From contig CAWGXL010000011.1 of assembly GCA_963826535.1 (NCBI GenBank), positions 576,809 to 640,808 of the forward strand: a stretch of DNA of 64,000 bases, written 5' to 3'. Positions 1 to 9,509 of the stretch are shown one piece after another (the stretch's first letter is position 1; each line of letters begins with the position of its first letter). Position numbers and translations under genes: made by a program. Origin of the DNA: an uncultured bacterium (GTDB taxonomy: Bacteria; Patescibacteriota; Microgenomatia; Levybacterales; UBA12049). Below the pieces are notes generated by a model. The model was not told the DNA's origin and did no database searches. It saw only the letters and a program-made list of their open reading frames with translations.

Positions 1-643
1 GGGTTCTCAGATGGAGCGCTCCGGGTGATTTTGCCATGAGTGTTGCTGCTTTGGCTAAATTCGCGGCGGCTATGACTTCTCCTTCGGAATTAATAATCGT
101 TGCTTTTTTCTCTCTTTCCGCTTCCGCCTGTTTGGCCATTGTTCTCTTCATGTCTTCGGGGAGGATGATATCTTTTAATTCAACTGCAAGGACTTCAAGT
201 CCCCAGCTTGTAGTTGTCTCAACCACAATATTTCGAATCCGCTCGGCTATTTTATCACGATTGGCGAGCAGATCGTTTAATTCTACTTCTCCTACAACGT
301 TTCTCATAGTGGTTTGAGCTAATTGATGGACTGCAAAAAAGAAATCTTCCACTTCAAGGACTGCTTTTGATGCATTAACGACCTTGTAATAGATAACTGC
401 CGATATGCGTGTTGAAACATTGTCCTTGGTAATTGCTTCCTGATCGGGTACATCGACAGCTTTTGTTCTTATGTCGACTTTGATATAGGATTGTATGATG
501 GGAATTACTAACCGCCATCCAGGTTCCATCATGCCGGTATATTTCCCAAAAGAAAATTTAATTCCTCTTTCATATTGGTTAATTTGCTTTATTGAGATAA
601 GGAGGATGATGAGTAGGGGAATGATAAAAATCATAATTTCCAT
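1..643 (-). CDS. SPFH/band-7 (stomatin/prohibitin/HflK-like) membrane protein; N-terminal ~214 aa, with the C-terminus beyond the window start
   Basis: The minus-strand frame is open from the ATG at 641-643 to the window edge. It is missing from the supplied ORF track because there is no stop inside the window. The translation begins MEIMIFIIPLLIILLISIKQINQYERGIKFSFGKYTGMMEPGWRLVIPI, with a TM helix followed by the SPFH core (DIRTKAVDVPDQEAITKDNVSTRISAVIYYKVV ... AQTTMRNVVGEVELNDLLANRDKIAERI ... ELKDIILPEDM ... AEREK). The + strand ORF 36..317 is antisense to it. Confidence 0.8.
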   Translation of the reverse strand, partial: MEIMIFIIPLLIILLISIKQINQYERGIKFSFGKYTGMMEPGWRLVIPIIQSYIKVDIRTKAVDVPDQEAITKDNVSTRISAVIYYKVVNASKAVLEVEDFFFAVHQLAQTTMRNVVGEVELNDLLANRDKIAERIRNIVVETTTSWGLEVLAVELKDIILPEDMKRTMAKQAEAEREKKATIINSEGEVIAAANLAKAATLMAKSPGALHLRT

Positions 644-731
644 ATTTTGATTATCTCACTTATCTCTTGGCTGTCAAGCTGGGACTGGAAAATAGCTAAG
701 GAGTTGCCAAAGGGTAATTTATTTGTGCCTA

Positions 732-760
732 CTGGATTCCCGCGTTCGCGGGAATGACAA
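732..760. repeat. Palindromic repeat element, copy A (CTGGATTCCCGCGTTCGCGGGAATGACAA), between the SPFH and MerR genes
   Basis: A 9-bp stem ATTCCCGCG / CGCGGGAAT with conserved flanks CTGGATTCC ... GGAATGACA. The same architecture recurs at 24486, 40761, 40844, 45883, 52964, 53003 and 55875. Confidence 0.8.
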
Positions 761-857
761 GGCTAATGATTAACGCTTTTGCCAAACTCCGAACTATTAC
801 AGAACTGCTCCAGAGAAGGATCGTCAATAATGCCTTAGGGGCGATGAAGAACGTGTG

Positions 858-1163
858 TTAGATCAATTTTTCTGCTTTGAATTGGGGGAAGAGTAGTTTT
901 TTTAGCTCGATGCCTTCTTTTTCTGCAATATTTAAAGCTTCAAAAAGTATTTTTACCCCTTGTAGGTTTACTCCTTTCACTTGAGTCAAATATTTAACAA
1001 ACTGTAAGCGTTCCAAGTCGTTGATGGAAAACATTCTTCTTTTGGTGTCTGTTCTCTGACTAAGAAATACACCTATTTTTTCATAAAGCATAATAGTACG
1101 CGGATGGAGGTGCAGAAGTTTGGCTGCGACAGATATGGTTAAAATTGGTTGTTCTGTGCTCAT
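858..1163 (-). CDS. MerR-family helix-turn-helix transcriptional regulator
   Basis: The N-terminal HTH LTISVAAKLLHLHPRTIMLYEKIGV fits the MerR pattern (y.i.evA.l.gv.prtlryYE..Gl). The size (101 aa) and coiled C-terminus are typical of short MerR/HspR-like regulators. Confidence 0.6.
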   Translation of the reverse strand: MSTEQPILTISVAAKLLHLHPRTIMLYEKIGVFLSQRTDTKRRMFSINDLERLQFVKYLTQVKGVNLQGVKILFEALNIAEKEGIELKKLLFPQFKAEKLI

Positions 1164-2079
1164 GGTATAAAAGTTGAGTTAATATTAATATAAAAGTTGA
1201 TAGCGAGAATGTCAAGAGGGAAAATTTAGAAAATATTAGTTGTTAGAAATTTAATCGATTAGATGAGTTGTTAATTCAAGCAAACAGTATAGTGATCGAT
1301 GAAATTAAGTTAACAAATTCTTATAAGTAAAACATCATTGAAAATAATTGAATATAGGCTTTTGTATAATCACGGTTCTTCTGTTAAGGACTATATACTT
1401 AAGGCATAAAAACACTCTCAGCTATGGCGTAAGTCAGAGTTAGGATTTAATGATAAGAGAATAATAGAGTGAATCTATCTTATAACTTACAATTATTAGG
1501 GGAAGCTCTTATCTTGAGCGGTGTAGTGCCACTAAGAACGTTTTCGCTTCATGATTATAAATTTAGTAGTTTAGATTGCCGCTTTAGGGAAAGCGTGAGA
1601 ACATAAAGTTTGTTCTAATTTCAAGAATTAATAATTTATAAAATATAGATTTTTTTAGTATAGCCTTAAATAGTTGAAACCCATAAGACGGACAGGTCTA
1701 AAAAGGCGATTTTTTTACTTTTTTCTACCTTTTTCACGGTTTTTAATACATTTTTTGACCCATAAGACTTTTTTGATGTCCTATAGATGACTATTAAAAC
1801 TACTATTTGGTCCCTGTCAGTACCGGTTGTCTTGTGCTAAATAAGTAAAAGCCCCGACAAGACAGTAATATTTTTCATTCAGCTTCAGTTCCCATTAATG
1901 TTAACAGTAACTTTAGACCTGTAGAAAGTTTGATAAATGTACTTTTAGCTTCATTACTATATCTTTACGCACAATTTGAAATTGCCTTTTTTGGCTTTGT
2001 TAATGTATAAATAGGCATTGTTGACAGTTAATTCCCTATATTGTTAACATTTTTATAGGCAGGTAATTGTAATCATAAA

Positions 2080-5000
2080 ATGTATAGGCGCCTGCCCAAT
2101 AGTGAAAAAATAGTTTATATCCAGCAATATCTCTCCGGAGAAAAAGCCTCGAATATCTGTAAAGATGCTAATGTTTCAAGAACGATTTTTTATAGATGGT
2201 TGAAGACATATAGGTCTAGTCATAGCCTCAAAAATAAGGATATATTGGCTTCAAAAATAGTTAAAGGGAAAAACCATTGGAAATCTTTGAATAGGAAGCA
2301 GCAGGAAGAAATAATAAAGCTTGCTATAAAATTCCCTACGTATTCAGCCCAAAAAATTGCTTCAGTTACCAAAGTAAGTACTCATGGAGTTTGGAATGTA
2401 TTAAAGCGTTACTCATTGAATACCAGGAAAGATCGGGGCCTGTATATTTCTAAATATGGTAGAAGTTTTATTAAATGCCCGGCTTATAATGATAAACTGA
2501 ATATGATTACACGCTATGAGCAAGAAGAGAAAGCTCATATAATCTGTAAGGATTTTGCTGTTTCACGTACAATTTTCTACAAATGGCTTAAGAGATACAG
2601 GCAGTCTAATAATGATATTGCAGCATTGAATGATATAAGGCCGAAAGGAGAGAAGCATTGGCGTTTTGTGCCCGGGGCAACCGGGATGGTATTGGATTTA
2701 GTTGTTGCGAGTCCAGAATTTTCTGTAAATAAGCTCACTAAGGAGATTCAATCTAAATTGCAAGGAGCGAAATCCCCCCAACCCCCTTTAGAAAAGGGGG
2801 CTAAAGTAATGAGTGTTCTAGGCAGGCATGGTATTTATAATATTTTAAAACGTCTTGATTTAAATACATATGAAAAAAGGTTAGCATACGCCAGGGCACA
2901 AGTGCCAATTGTGGTTCCAAAACCTCAAATTGCGGAAGTATCATTGCCTCCACAGCCAAGATATTCCTTTTTATCTTTTCTTTCCCCGCCACTCCGGAAT
3001 TATTTTTCTTCTTCTTTTGGAGTTACCGCAAGTATCTGTCTGATTGTTATCTTAATACCCATAGTTCTTCTTTCTTCTTTTCTTCCGGCAGATAGTTTTG
3101 GGCAGAGGATCGCTTACTTTATTGCTTTTATTTCTCTTCTTTGCGGTCTGTTTTTCTTTCTCTACTCGCTCAAGTATTATCTTTCCATTGCCTATGTTCT
3201 TTCTTTTTCACGCCGGGAAGACGGACAAAAGGATGGGAGTCCTTCGACAGGCTCAGGATTTGCAAGATTTTTAGCCGGGATATTTGGAGTTTCTATCAGT
3301 GTTGAAAATGTTGCGTCAGACGCGGTTTCTTCAAAGGTGGGAACGTCAAACGTTCCTTTTTATAATAATACTGCGGTTGGGCTGCAAGCTGATTTATCTA
3401 ATGTGAAGCTGGAGAGGAATCCTTTTGTCTCTGTGCATGTGTCAACTTATAACGAGAAACGGGTGATTGACCGGCTTTTGAGTGCCTGCACTTCATTTGA
3501 TTATCCCAACTATGAAGTGATTGTCGCCGATGATTCAAATGATGAGACGGTGGGGCTGATTGAGAAATGGGCGCATAACCCACATATTAAAATATCCCAC
3601 AGAGATAGTAGGGAAGGGTACAAAGGGGGGGCTCTTCAACAAGCGCTCAGGGTTACCGATTCCAGGGCAGAGTTTATATTGGTATTTGATGCGGATTTCA
3701 TTCCATACCCGGATACTATAGTTCAGTTTTTGAAGTATTTTCAACTCGCTACCGGCGGATTGGATAAAATCTCCCCTAACCCCTCTTTAATAAAGAGGGG
3801 AAATCAATTATCTCCCCCTTTTCTAAAGGGGGATGGGGGGATTTCTCCTATAGCTGCAGTCCAAGGTTATCAGTGGCATGTTTTAAATAAATCGGAGAAC
3901 TGGATAACGCGCGGGGTAAGAAGTGAATACGCGGGGTCTTATGTTATAGAGAGGTCAGGAGCGGAGCTTTATCATGGACTGAAACAAATATCCGGATCGG
4001 TCTATATGATTAGGCGCGATGTGCTGCAGGGAATTGGCTGGGGAACCTCACTTACGGAGGACTTTGAACTGACATTGAAACTTTATGAGGCAGGATTCAA
4101 AGTAGTCTATACACCTTATATCCAAGCACCGGCTGAGGCGGTGTCAACTATAAAGAGGCTGATCAGGCAGAGAATGAGATGGGCGGAGGGACACTCGTTT
4201 AATATTAAGAGGATGCTTATTCCGCTTTTGTTTGGAAGACATGAGATGCCGGTCGGGATTGCCACGTCGTCCCGGATGAGCGGGACTCCTCGCAATGACA
4301 GAAAGGGAAGGGTTTTCATACCTTCACCGCTGACTCGTTCGGAAAAGATGGAACTAGTCTATTTGGCTCCTTATTATCTGCAGGCTGCTTTATTCATTGT
4401 GGGGACCTTATGCTGGTTTATAGCGGAAGTTATCTTTCAAGTCAGACTTCCTTTCTGGACCGAGGTCTGGGGTTGGTCGCTGGTCGCAACTAATCTTTTT
4501 GCTCTGCCTCTTATGAATATGATAGGTATGTTCATGGAGGAATCGGATGAGAAGGATTATTTGGGCATTATATCCTTTGTAGTTCTTTCATATATTGTGG
4601 CACCATTCCAAGCATATGCGGCGGTGAAGGGATTTTTGGAAGACGTGGAGGGGCCATGGTTTAGGACACCTAAGACGGGGCGTATTACAGATACGCTTAT
4701 GCCGGGGAGGATCGCGAGGTTTGTGAGAGGGATTTTTGGCAGACATGCGCCTGCAGAATTTAAAAAGTCAAATAAACCGAAGGAGCTTGGAAATTTAAAT
4801 ACTTACTTTGCTTTGGCTACGGCGAATAATCAGTTTGGCGATTTCAAGATCAGAAGGAAAAATATAAGATGGGCTGGAAATTTAAGCGTGGTTGCGCTTT
4901 TGATAATATCCACTTTACTGGCTAATTTTGCAAATACGATGAGCTTCTCTGAGTCAGCTTATGCGTCGCAGCCTATTATGAAGACAGTTGGTGATAATAA

Positions 5001-8000
5001 TGTTTCTACGGATAATGAAGAAAAGGTAGATTTGGGTATCTCATCTGAGGAGACATTAAAAAAAGAACCGAAGAATAAGGATACAATTATCAAAAATGCT
5101 TTGGCTAAAGAGATTTCAGGTTATCGCTCTATTGCCAAAAAAACTCACAGCGGAGAGTTAGTTGAATTTATCTTTCATGAATCAGCAAAGGTTCGGGTAA
5201 AACTGGGGCATCGGGAAATTGAGTTTCAAACCAACTATATTGGTGGACAAAGAATTAATCCTAAGAGCGCAAAGGTATATCAAGATCAGGAAGTAATCTA
5301 TGAAGAAATTGTAAAAGGTATTGATCTGAAATATACAATCAATGGAGATCTGATGACGGAAGAGTTTATCGTTAAAGATAGGGAGGCGGCCAAAACATTT
5401 ATTGAACCCCACTTCGCCAAGGCTTCGCGGGGCACTGTCGTGCAGACGGTGCAGACTGTTGATGTAAAAGTTGTTTCTCCTGAAAACGAGAAAACATTTG
5501 GTTTCTTTACTGATGAAGGGAAAGAGTTATTTAAGTTTGCGAGTCCGTTTGCTAAGGATAACGATGGGAAGGTGAACAATAATATCTCGATCAGTTTAGA
5601 AAAGAGCAATATAGGGCATAAGCTTACAAAAACATTGGGCGGGTCGGCTAGAAGCTGGCTTGTTGATCCGAAACGGGCTTATCCGGTTGCGATTGATCCG
5701 ACGGTTATTGTCTCGGGATCAATTGGGGCTGATAGCGAGGTGCAATTTGGCGGGCTGCAGCGGAAATTGGCGGCGGTAAATACTGGAAGTGCTGATGCAT
5801 GGTGCAATGACACAAGCGGGATAACCTGTACTAGCTTCTGGACGAAGCGGAGAAAGATCACTTTTAATAATTCTGCATCTGCTGAAAACTTAACAAATTT
5901 TCCTATTATGGTAAAGCTGAATTCAAGCCGGATTACTTACGCAGATACACAAAGCGCGGGGCAGGATCTGAGGTTTGTTGATCCAACAGACAATACGGTT
6001 GTTCTCCCGCATGAGGTTGAGGAGTTTAATGAGACAGGGGATGACTTTGTGTGGGTGAAGGTGCCGCAAATTGATTCAGGGTCAACAACAGATTATATAT
6101 GGATGTATTATGGGAATGGTAGTATTGGGGATGGATCGGATCCAGCGAATGTGTGGGAGACTAATTATAAAGGTGTTTGGCATTTGAAAGAGAATCCGGC
6201 GGGTGGAGCACCACAGATGCTTGATAGTACAACTAATAATGGTGATGGTACATCAGCCGGTACTATGACTAGCGGTGATCAGGTAGGAGGACAAATTGAC
6301 GGGAGTTTGGATTTGGATGGGACGAATGATACTATAAGCGTTCCCGATTCTTCGATATTCAGCTTTACAAACGGAAGCGGCACTGATCTGCCGTATACGC
6401 TTTCGGCATGGGTTTTTATGAGGGATATCACGGAAACAGCGGGGATCGTATCGAAATGGGCGGATGCCGCTGATGACGCGGAGTGGGTATTATATATTAC
6501 AGGAAGCACAATGCTTATTGAAAATTATCATTTTGATGTTACCAATATATTCAGAGGCCGCACTGTTGCTCTTAATGCTGGCGCTCATCAGGACAGATGG
6601 ATGCATGTTGTTGCCACATATGACGGCTCTGAAGCAGTCGGCGGGTTTGCTATATATTTTGACGGGGTGCGGGTTGATACCACAAATTCAACCTTAGGTA
6701 GTTACACCGGAATGTCCTCAGTGGATTCTCCGGTAAGGATGGGTTCATATGACGACGATTCGGCGACTTTCTTGAACGGTATCATTGACCACGTCAGCGT
6801 TGCAGCAACCAACCGCTCGGCTGATTGGGTTGAGGCGGAGTTTAAATCAGGGGCGGATACGATTAATTCGTTTGGGGGTGAACAAACAAGCGCAGGTGAT
6901 ATTAATACATTCTATGCTTTTTATAATGATGCCGGGGTAGTCTCTTATAAAAAGTCAACTAATGCGGGTGCTTCGTGGGGGAGTGCTGTGACTGTATCGT
7001 CAAATGGGTCTGATACTGACAATCATAATCCTTCCATTGCAATTTCAAATAATTTTATCCATGTTTTTTGGGTTGATGATGGAGATAACGAGGTTCATGC
7101 ACGGCGCTTAGATACCAACTCGGATACACTAGGCACAGAATGTCTTACTTTGACTAGCTCGGCAAACATCAGTTCCAACTATATGGTGTCGGTTGCACAG
7201 CTTAGCGATACGAGTGCCATGGTGGCTTTTTCTGACACATCAGGAGGTACTGCCGGAGTGGATGTGTATGAAGTGACTAGTCTTGATGGCGCATGTGCCA
7301 TGACTGATGTTCATCCTGGGAATATAACCTTTGGATCACAAGGAGCTGGCTTGACCGATGGAGATCGACCTGTACTTGTCGGCCTTTCATCAACAACCGC
7401 AGCAGTTATCTTCCAGGATGGGGATCTGTCGTTTTCCTATTATGACGTGGCGCTTGATGAGTGGACCAGGAATAATCAGCAAATTGCCAATGTAGCTGAT
7501 TCCGTCTACTCAGTAACGACTGACGGGACCACGATCTGGATTTTGAGTAAATCAGGAACGACTGCTGCAAATTTGTATAGTCTTAATACTTCAACTTCAG
7601 ATATAACCGAGACGCAAATTGATAGCGCGGCGTCAGCAACCAATGGCCAGGACAATGTATCAGATATTGATATGTATTGTATTTCGGATACTGATTGTAA
7701 AATTGTTTATACCGATTTAATAAGTGACGCGGCGCCGGATTTGATATTTGTTGATTGTAATAATGCTGTTTGTAGTTCAAGTACCGCAGTTACACTAACT
7801 TCTGATTGCGGTGTAGCAAGCGCGGGCTGTAATCCGGCAATTCATTGTTCTTCAGGAACAGATTGTCATATAGTATTTCAGTTTACGGATGCCATACCTA
7901 TGGCAAGATTTGTTGATTGCGACGGGGCTGATAATACTAATGCTTGCAGTACAAACGCGACAGTAAATACAAATGCTGATATTGGGGGTGCCACTACGAG

Positions 8001-9165
8001 AAGCCATCTTGCAATTGATTGTCCAACCGGTACCAATTGTAAGTTTATTTATGGTAATGATACAGGAAATGGTGTGGATTTTGTCGATTGCGCTAATGAC
8101 CAGTGCGCTATCGCGAGCGATGTAATAACGGAAGTTATTGATTTTGGCGTTTCGGTGGTTGCCCCAAAGGTGGCTCTTGATTGTCCAAGCCCAACAGCGT
8201 GTAAGGTGGTGGCGCAGGATATTGACGCTGGGACACTTGTACTGGTTGATTGTAGTGGTGCCGTAACAACTGAGACATGTGCAGTGCCTCCGGCGCCAGA
8301 TATTATTGATGCCAGTAATGTTAGTGCCACTGCTGACCGTGTGCCGGTTGCAATAGATTGCGCAGGCGCTCCTACTGACTGTAAGGTAGCTTATGGGGAT
8401 GATACCGATGACGATTTGACTTTCGCAGATTGTAATGACACTGATTGTGATAGTCCGACGCGGACTGATATTGATCTTACTGGTGGTGCGACGACAAATA
8501 CTTCGCCGAGAGTCGATATGCATTGTCTGACTGCAACTGATTGTAAAATCCTTTACGAGGGGACTTTGACATCAGGATCTGAAGTTGCGTATTTCGTTGA
8601 TTGCGATAGCGCGGCCTGTACTTCAGGATCAGCGCTTGCAGATTTGGGGAACGCAAACCCGCGTTTCGGCGGAGCTATCTATTGTCCGGCAACCGATAAT
8701 TGCAAAATGGCCTACTATGAGGGGACAACCGGCACTGCTCCGACTGTTCAATTCGCAGATTGCAGTAAAGCTAAGTGTATGCCTGACTGGACTGATGCGG
8801 CTGATCCGTTTACAGGAGCGACAAATGTGTTATCTGTTTCAATTACATATGATTCAGCAAATGCTGATTTGTACGCGCATATTATTAAGGATACTACAGA
8901 GCAGGCATATTGGAAGACTACTGATGCAGCATCGATTTCCTGGGGGGCAGAGACTTCGTATGCGTTTGATACTACCGTGGGATCGCTCTCTGAGATGTCT
9001 GCGCCTATAAAGGCTACGTCAACGGATTTGATTGGTGTGGTGTTGCGCCGTTCTACTGTTGACAATTTTGAGTTTGCACCCCTGCCTGATTTCTCGTTGA
9101 TATTAATAGTCATCCTTCCAGTGTTGCCAAGATTATTAAGGAAGATACATAGACGGAGATGTTGA
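2080..9165 (+). CDS. Giant (2361-aa) multidomain membrane protein: two tandem transposase-like HTH/winged-helix modules, a processive family-2 glycosyltransferase (cellulose/chitin-synthase-like), TM helices, DUF2341 plus LamG/ConA-like lectin domain, an Asp-box/BNR-like segment, seven Cys-rich tandem repeats and a C-terminal tripartite sorting-signal-like tail
   Basis: Aa 1-260 hold two repeats of an IS630/IS3 OrfA-like HTH (ASNICKDANVSRTIFYRWLKTY / AHIICKDFAVSRTIFYKWLKRY, each followed by a winged-helix-like segment). The GT2 domain carries VSVHVSTYNE, ADDSND, KGGALQ, DAD and the processive-synthase QRMRW (QxxRW) motif. Several TM helices flank the GT2 domain. DUF2341-like DLRFVD...VWVKVP...YIWMYYGN is followed by a LamG-like fold (TLSAWVF ... 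WMHVVATYDG ... IYFDGVRV). STNAGASWG resembles an Asp-box. Seven units of about 40 aa of the form [ILV]DCxxxTDCK[IV]xY...[FV]VDCxxxxC follow. The tail is EFAPLPDFSLILIVILPVLPRLLRKIHRRRC. The frame is continuous with no stops. A Met-less stretch between the HTH region and the first TM region leaves open that the GT2 protein starts at a non-ATG codon downstream of a separate small HTH gene. Confidence 0.6.
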   Translation: MYRRLPNSEKIVYIQQYLSGEKASNICKDANVSRTIFYRWLKTYRSSHSLKNKDILASKIVKGKNHWKSLNRKQQEEIIKLAIKFPTYSAQKIASVTKVSTHGVWNVLKRYSLNTRKDRGLYISKYGRSFIKCPAYNDKLNMITRYEQEEKAHIICKDFAVSRTIFYKWLKRYRQSNNDIAALNDIRPKGEKHWRFVPGATGMVLDLVVASPEFSVNKLTKEIQSKLQGAKSPQPPLEKGAKVMSVLGRHGIYNILKRLDLNTYEKRLAYARAQVPIVVPKPQIAEVSLPPQPRYSFLSFLSPPLRNYFSSSFGVTASICLIVILIPIVLLSSFLPADSFGQRIAYFIAFISLLCGLFFFLYSLKYYLSIAYVLSFSRREDGQKDGSPSTGSGFARFLAGIFGVSISVENVASDAVSSKVGTSNVPFYNNTAVGLQADLSNVKLERNPFVSVHVSTYNEKRVIDRLLSACTSFDYPNYEVIVADDSNDETVGLIEKWAHNPHIKISHRDSREGYKGGALQQALRVTDSRAEFILVFDADFIPYPDTIVQFLKYFQLATGGLDKISPNPSLIKRGNQLSPPFLKGDGGISPIAAVQGYQWHVLNKSENWITRGVRSEYAGSYVIERSGAELYHGLKQISGSVYMIRRDVLQGIGWGTSLTEDFELTLKLYEAGFKVVYTPYIQAPAEAVSTIKRLIRQRMRWAEGHSFNIKRMLIPLLFGRHEMPVGIATSSRMSGTPRNDRKGRVFIPSPLTRSEKMELVYLAPYYLQAALFIVGTLCWFIAEVIFQVRLPFWTEVWGWSLVATNLFALPLMNMIGMFMEESDEKDYLGIISFVVLSYIVAPFQAYAAVKGFLEDVEGPWFRTPKTGRITDTLMPGRIARFVRGIFGRHAPAEFKKSNKPKELGNLNTYFALATANNQFGDFKIRRKNIRWAGNLSVVALLIISTLLANFANTMSFSESAYASQPIMKTVGDNNVSTDNEEKVDLGISSEETLKKEPKNKDTIIKNALAKEISGYRSIAKKTHSGELVEFIFHESAKVRVKLGHREIEFQTNYIGGQRINPKSAKVYQDQEVIYEEIVKGIDLKYTINGDLMTEEFIVKDREAAKTFIEPHFAKASRGTVVQTVQTVDVKVVSPENEKTFGFFTDEGKELFKFASPFAKDNDGKVNNNISISLEKSNIGHKLTKTLGGSARSWLVDPKRAYPVAIDPTVIVSGSIGADSEVQFGGLQRKLAAVNTGSADAWCNDTSGITCTSFWTKRRKITFNNSASAENLTNFPIMVKLNSSRITYADTQSAGQDLRFVDPTDNTVVLPHEVEEFNETGDDFVWVKVPQIDSGSTTDYIWMYYGNGSIGDGSDPANVWETNYKGVWHLKENPAGGAPQMLDSTTNNGDGTSAGTMTSGDQVGGQIDGSLDLDGTNDTISVPDSSIFSFTNGSGTDLPYTLSAWVFMRDITETAGIVSKWADAADDAEWVLYITGSTMLIENYHFDVTNIFRGRTVALNAGAHQDRWMHVVATYDGSEAVGGFAIYFDGVRVDTTNSTLGSYTGMSSVDSPVRMGSYDDDSATFLNGIIDHVSVAATNRSADWVEAEFKSGADTINSFGGEQTSAGDINTFYAFYNDAGVVSYKKSTNAGASWGSAVTVSSNGSDTDNHNPSIAISNNFIHVFWVDDGDNEVHARRLDTNSDTLGTECLTLTSSANISSNYMVSVAQLSDTSAMVAFSDTSGGTAGVDVYEVTSLDGACAMTDVHPGNITFGSQGAGLTDGDRPVLVGLSSTTAAVIFQDGDLSFSYYDVALDEWTRNNQQIANVADSVYSVTTDGTTIWILSKSGTTAANLYSLNTSTSDITETQIDSAASATNGQDNVSDIDMYCISDTDCKIVYTDLISDAAPDLIFVDCNNAVCSSSTAVTLTSDCGVASAGCNPAIHCSSGTDCHIVFQFTDAIPMARFVDCDGADNTNACSTNATVNTNADIGGATTRSHLAIDCPTGTNCKFIYGNDTGNGVDFVDCANDQCAIASDVITEVIDFGVSVVAPKVALDCPSPTACKVVAQDIDAGTLVLVDCSGAVTTETCAVPPAPDIIDASNVSATADRVPVAIDCAGAPTDCKVAYGDDTDDDLTFADCNDTDCDSPTRTDIDLTGGATTNTSPRVDMHCLTATDCKILYEGTLTSGSEVAYFVDCDSAACTSGSALADLGNANPRFGGAIYCPATDNCKMAYYEGTTGTAPTVQFADCSKAKCMPDWTDAADPFTGATNVLSVSITYDSANADLYAHIIKDTTEQAYWKTTDAASISWGAETSYAFDTTVGSLSEMSAPIKATSTDLIGVVLRRSTVDNFEFAPLPDFSLILIVILPVLPRLLRKIHRRRC
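2770..2803. repeat. Hairpin module (CCCCCTTTAGAAAAGGGGG) of the palindromic element family, in-frame inside the giant CDS
   Basis: A perfect 8-bp stem with a 4-nt loop. It encodes SPQPPLEKGAK in the linker between the HTH modules. Confidence 0.6.
3768..3849. repeat. Composite palindromic element (ATCTCCCCT...CCCTCTTTAATAAAGAGGGG...CCCTTTTCTAAAGGGGGATGGGGGGATTTCTCC) inserted in-frame in the GT2 domain of the giant CDS
   Basis: It shares modules with the 17357..17494 copy (CCCTCTTTAATAAAGAGGG, TCAATTA, CCCTTTAATAAAGG, GGGATTTC flank). It encodes SPNPSLIKRGNQLSPPFLKGDGGISP between the DAD and QxxRW motifs. Confidence 0.7.
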
Positions 9166-9509
9166 GTTAATAAGTTGTCTGTTTGTTTTTATTGTTAAAT
9201 AATTAGATCATATTTTATGAAATAGTGCGAATAGCAGGAGAAGTATTAAAAGTATTAGATCGCTCGAGCTCGCCAAATATCTAAATTATAGTAACTGTTA
9301 TTTATAATAACGCTAAGTTGTTAAATCTTAACAAAAAGATTTTATAGGAATTTAGAATTTACAATTAATTGAGTAAATTATACCTTCCTAGACATATAAC
9401 CTTGCAAAACATACTATTTAAAGTAGAGATTAGCACGGTCATATACATTCTAAACAGAGGATAGTTTTTAATAAACAACCAGCGTTTAGGTCACTAGATA
9501 ATTGAGTAT

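Noticed and set aside
36-317. Plus-strand 93-aa ORF at the window start
   Set aside because: It is antisense to the well-supported SPFH/band-7 CDS (minus strand, 1..643), and its translation is low-complexity.
2021-2073. Possible sigma70-type promoter (TTGACA at 2021..2026) just upstream of the giant gene
   Set aside because: No convincing -10 hexamer sits at 16-18 bp spacing (TTAACA / TGTAAT are poor matches). It is mentioned only as context and not annotated as a feature.
7852-9113. Minus-strand ORFs 7852..8523 (223 aa), 8049..8330 and 8748..9113, and plus-strand 8585..9010, inside the giant gene
   Set aside because: They are embedded in, or antisense to, the Cys-repeat region of the 2361-aa CDS. 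Their translations are Cys/Ile/Thr-rich noise that mirrors the sense-strand repeats, with no domain signatures.
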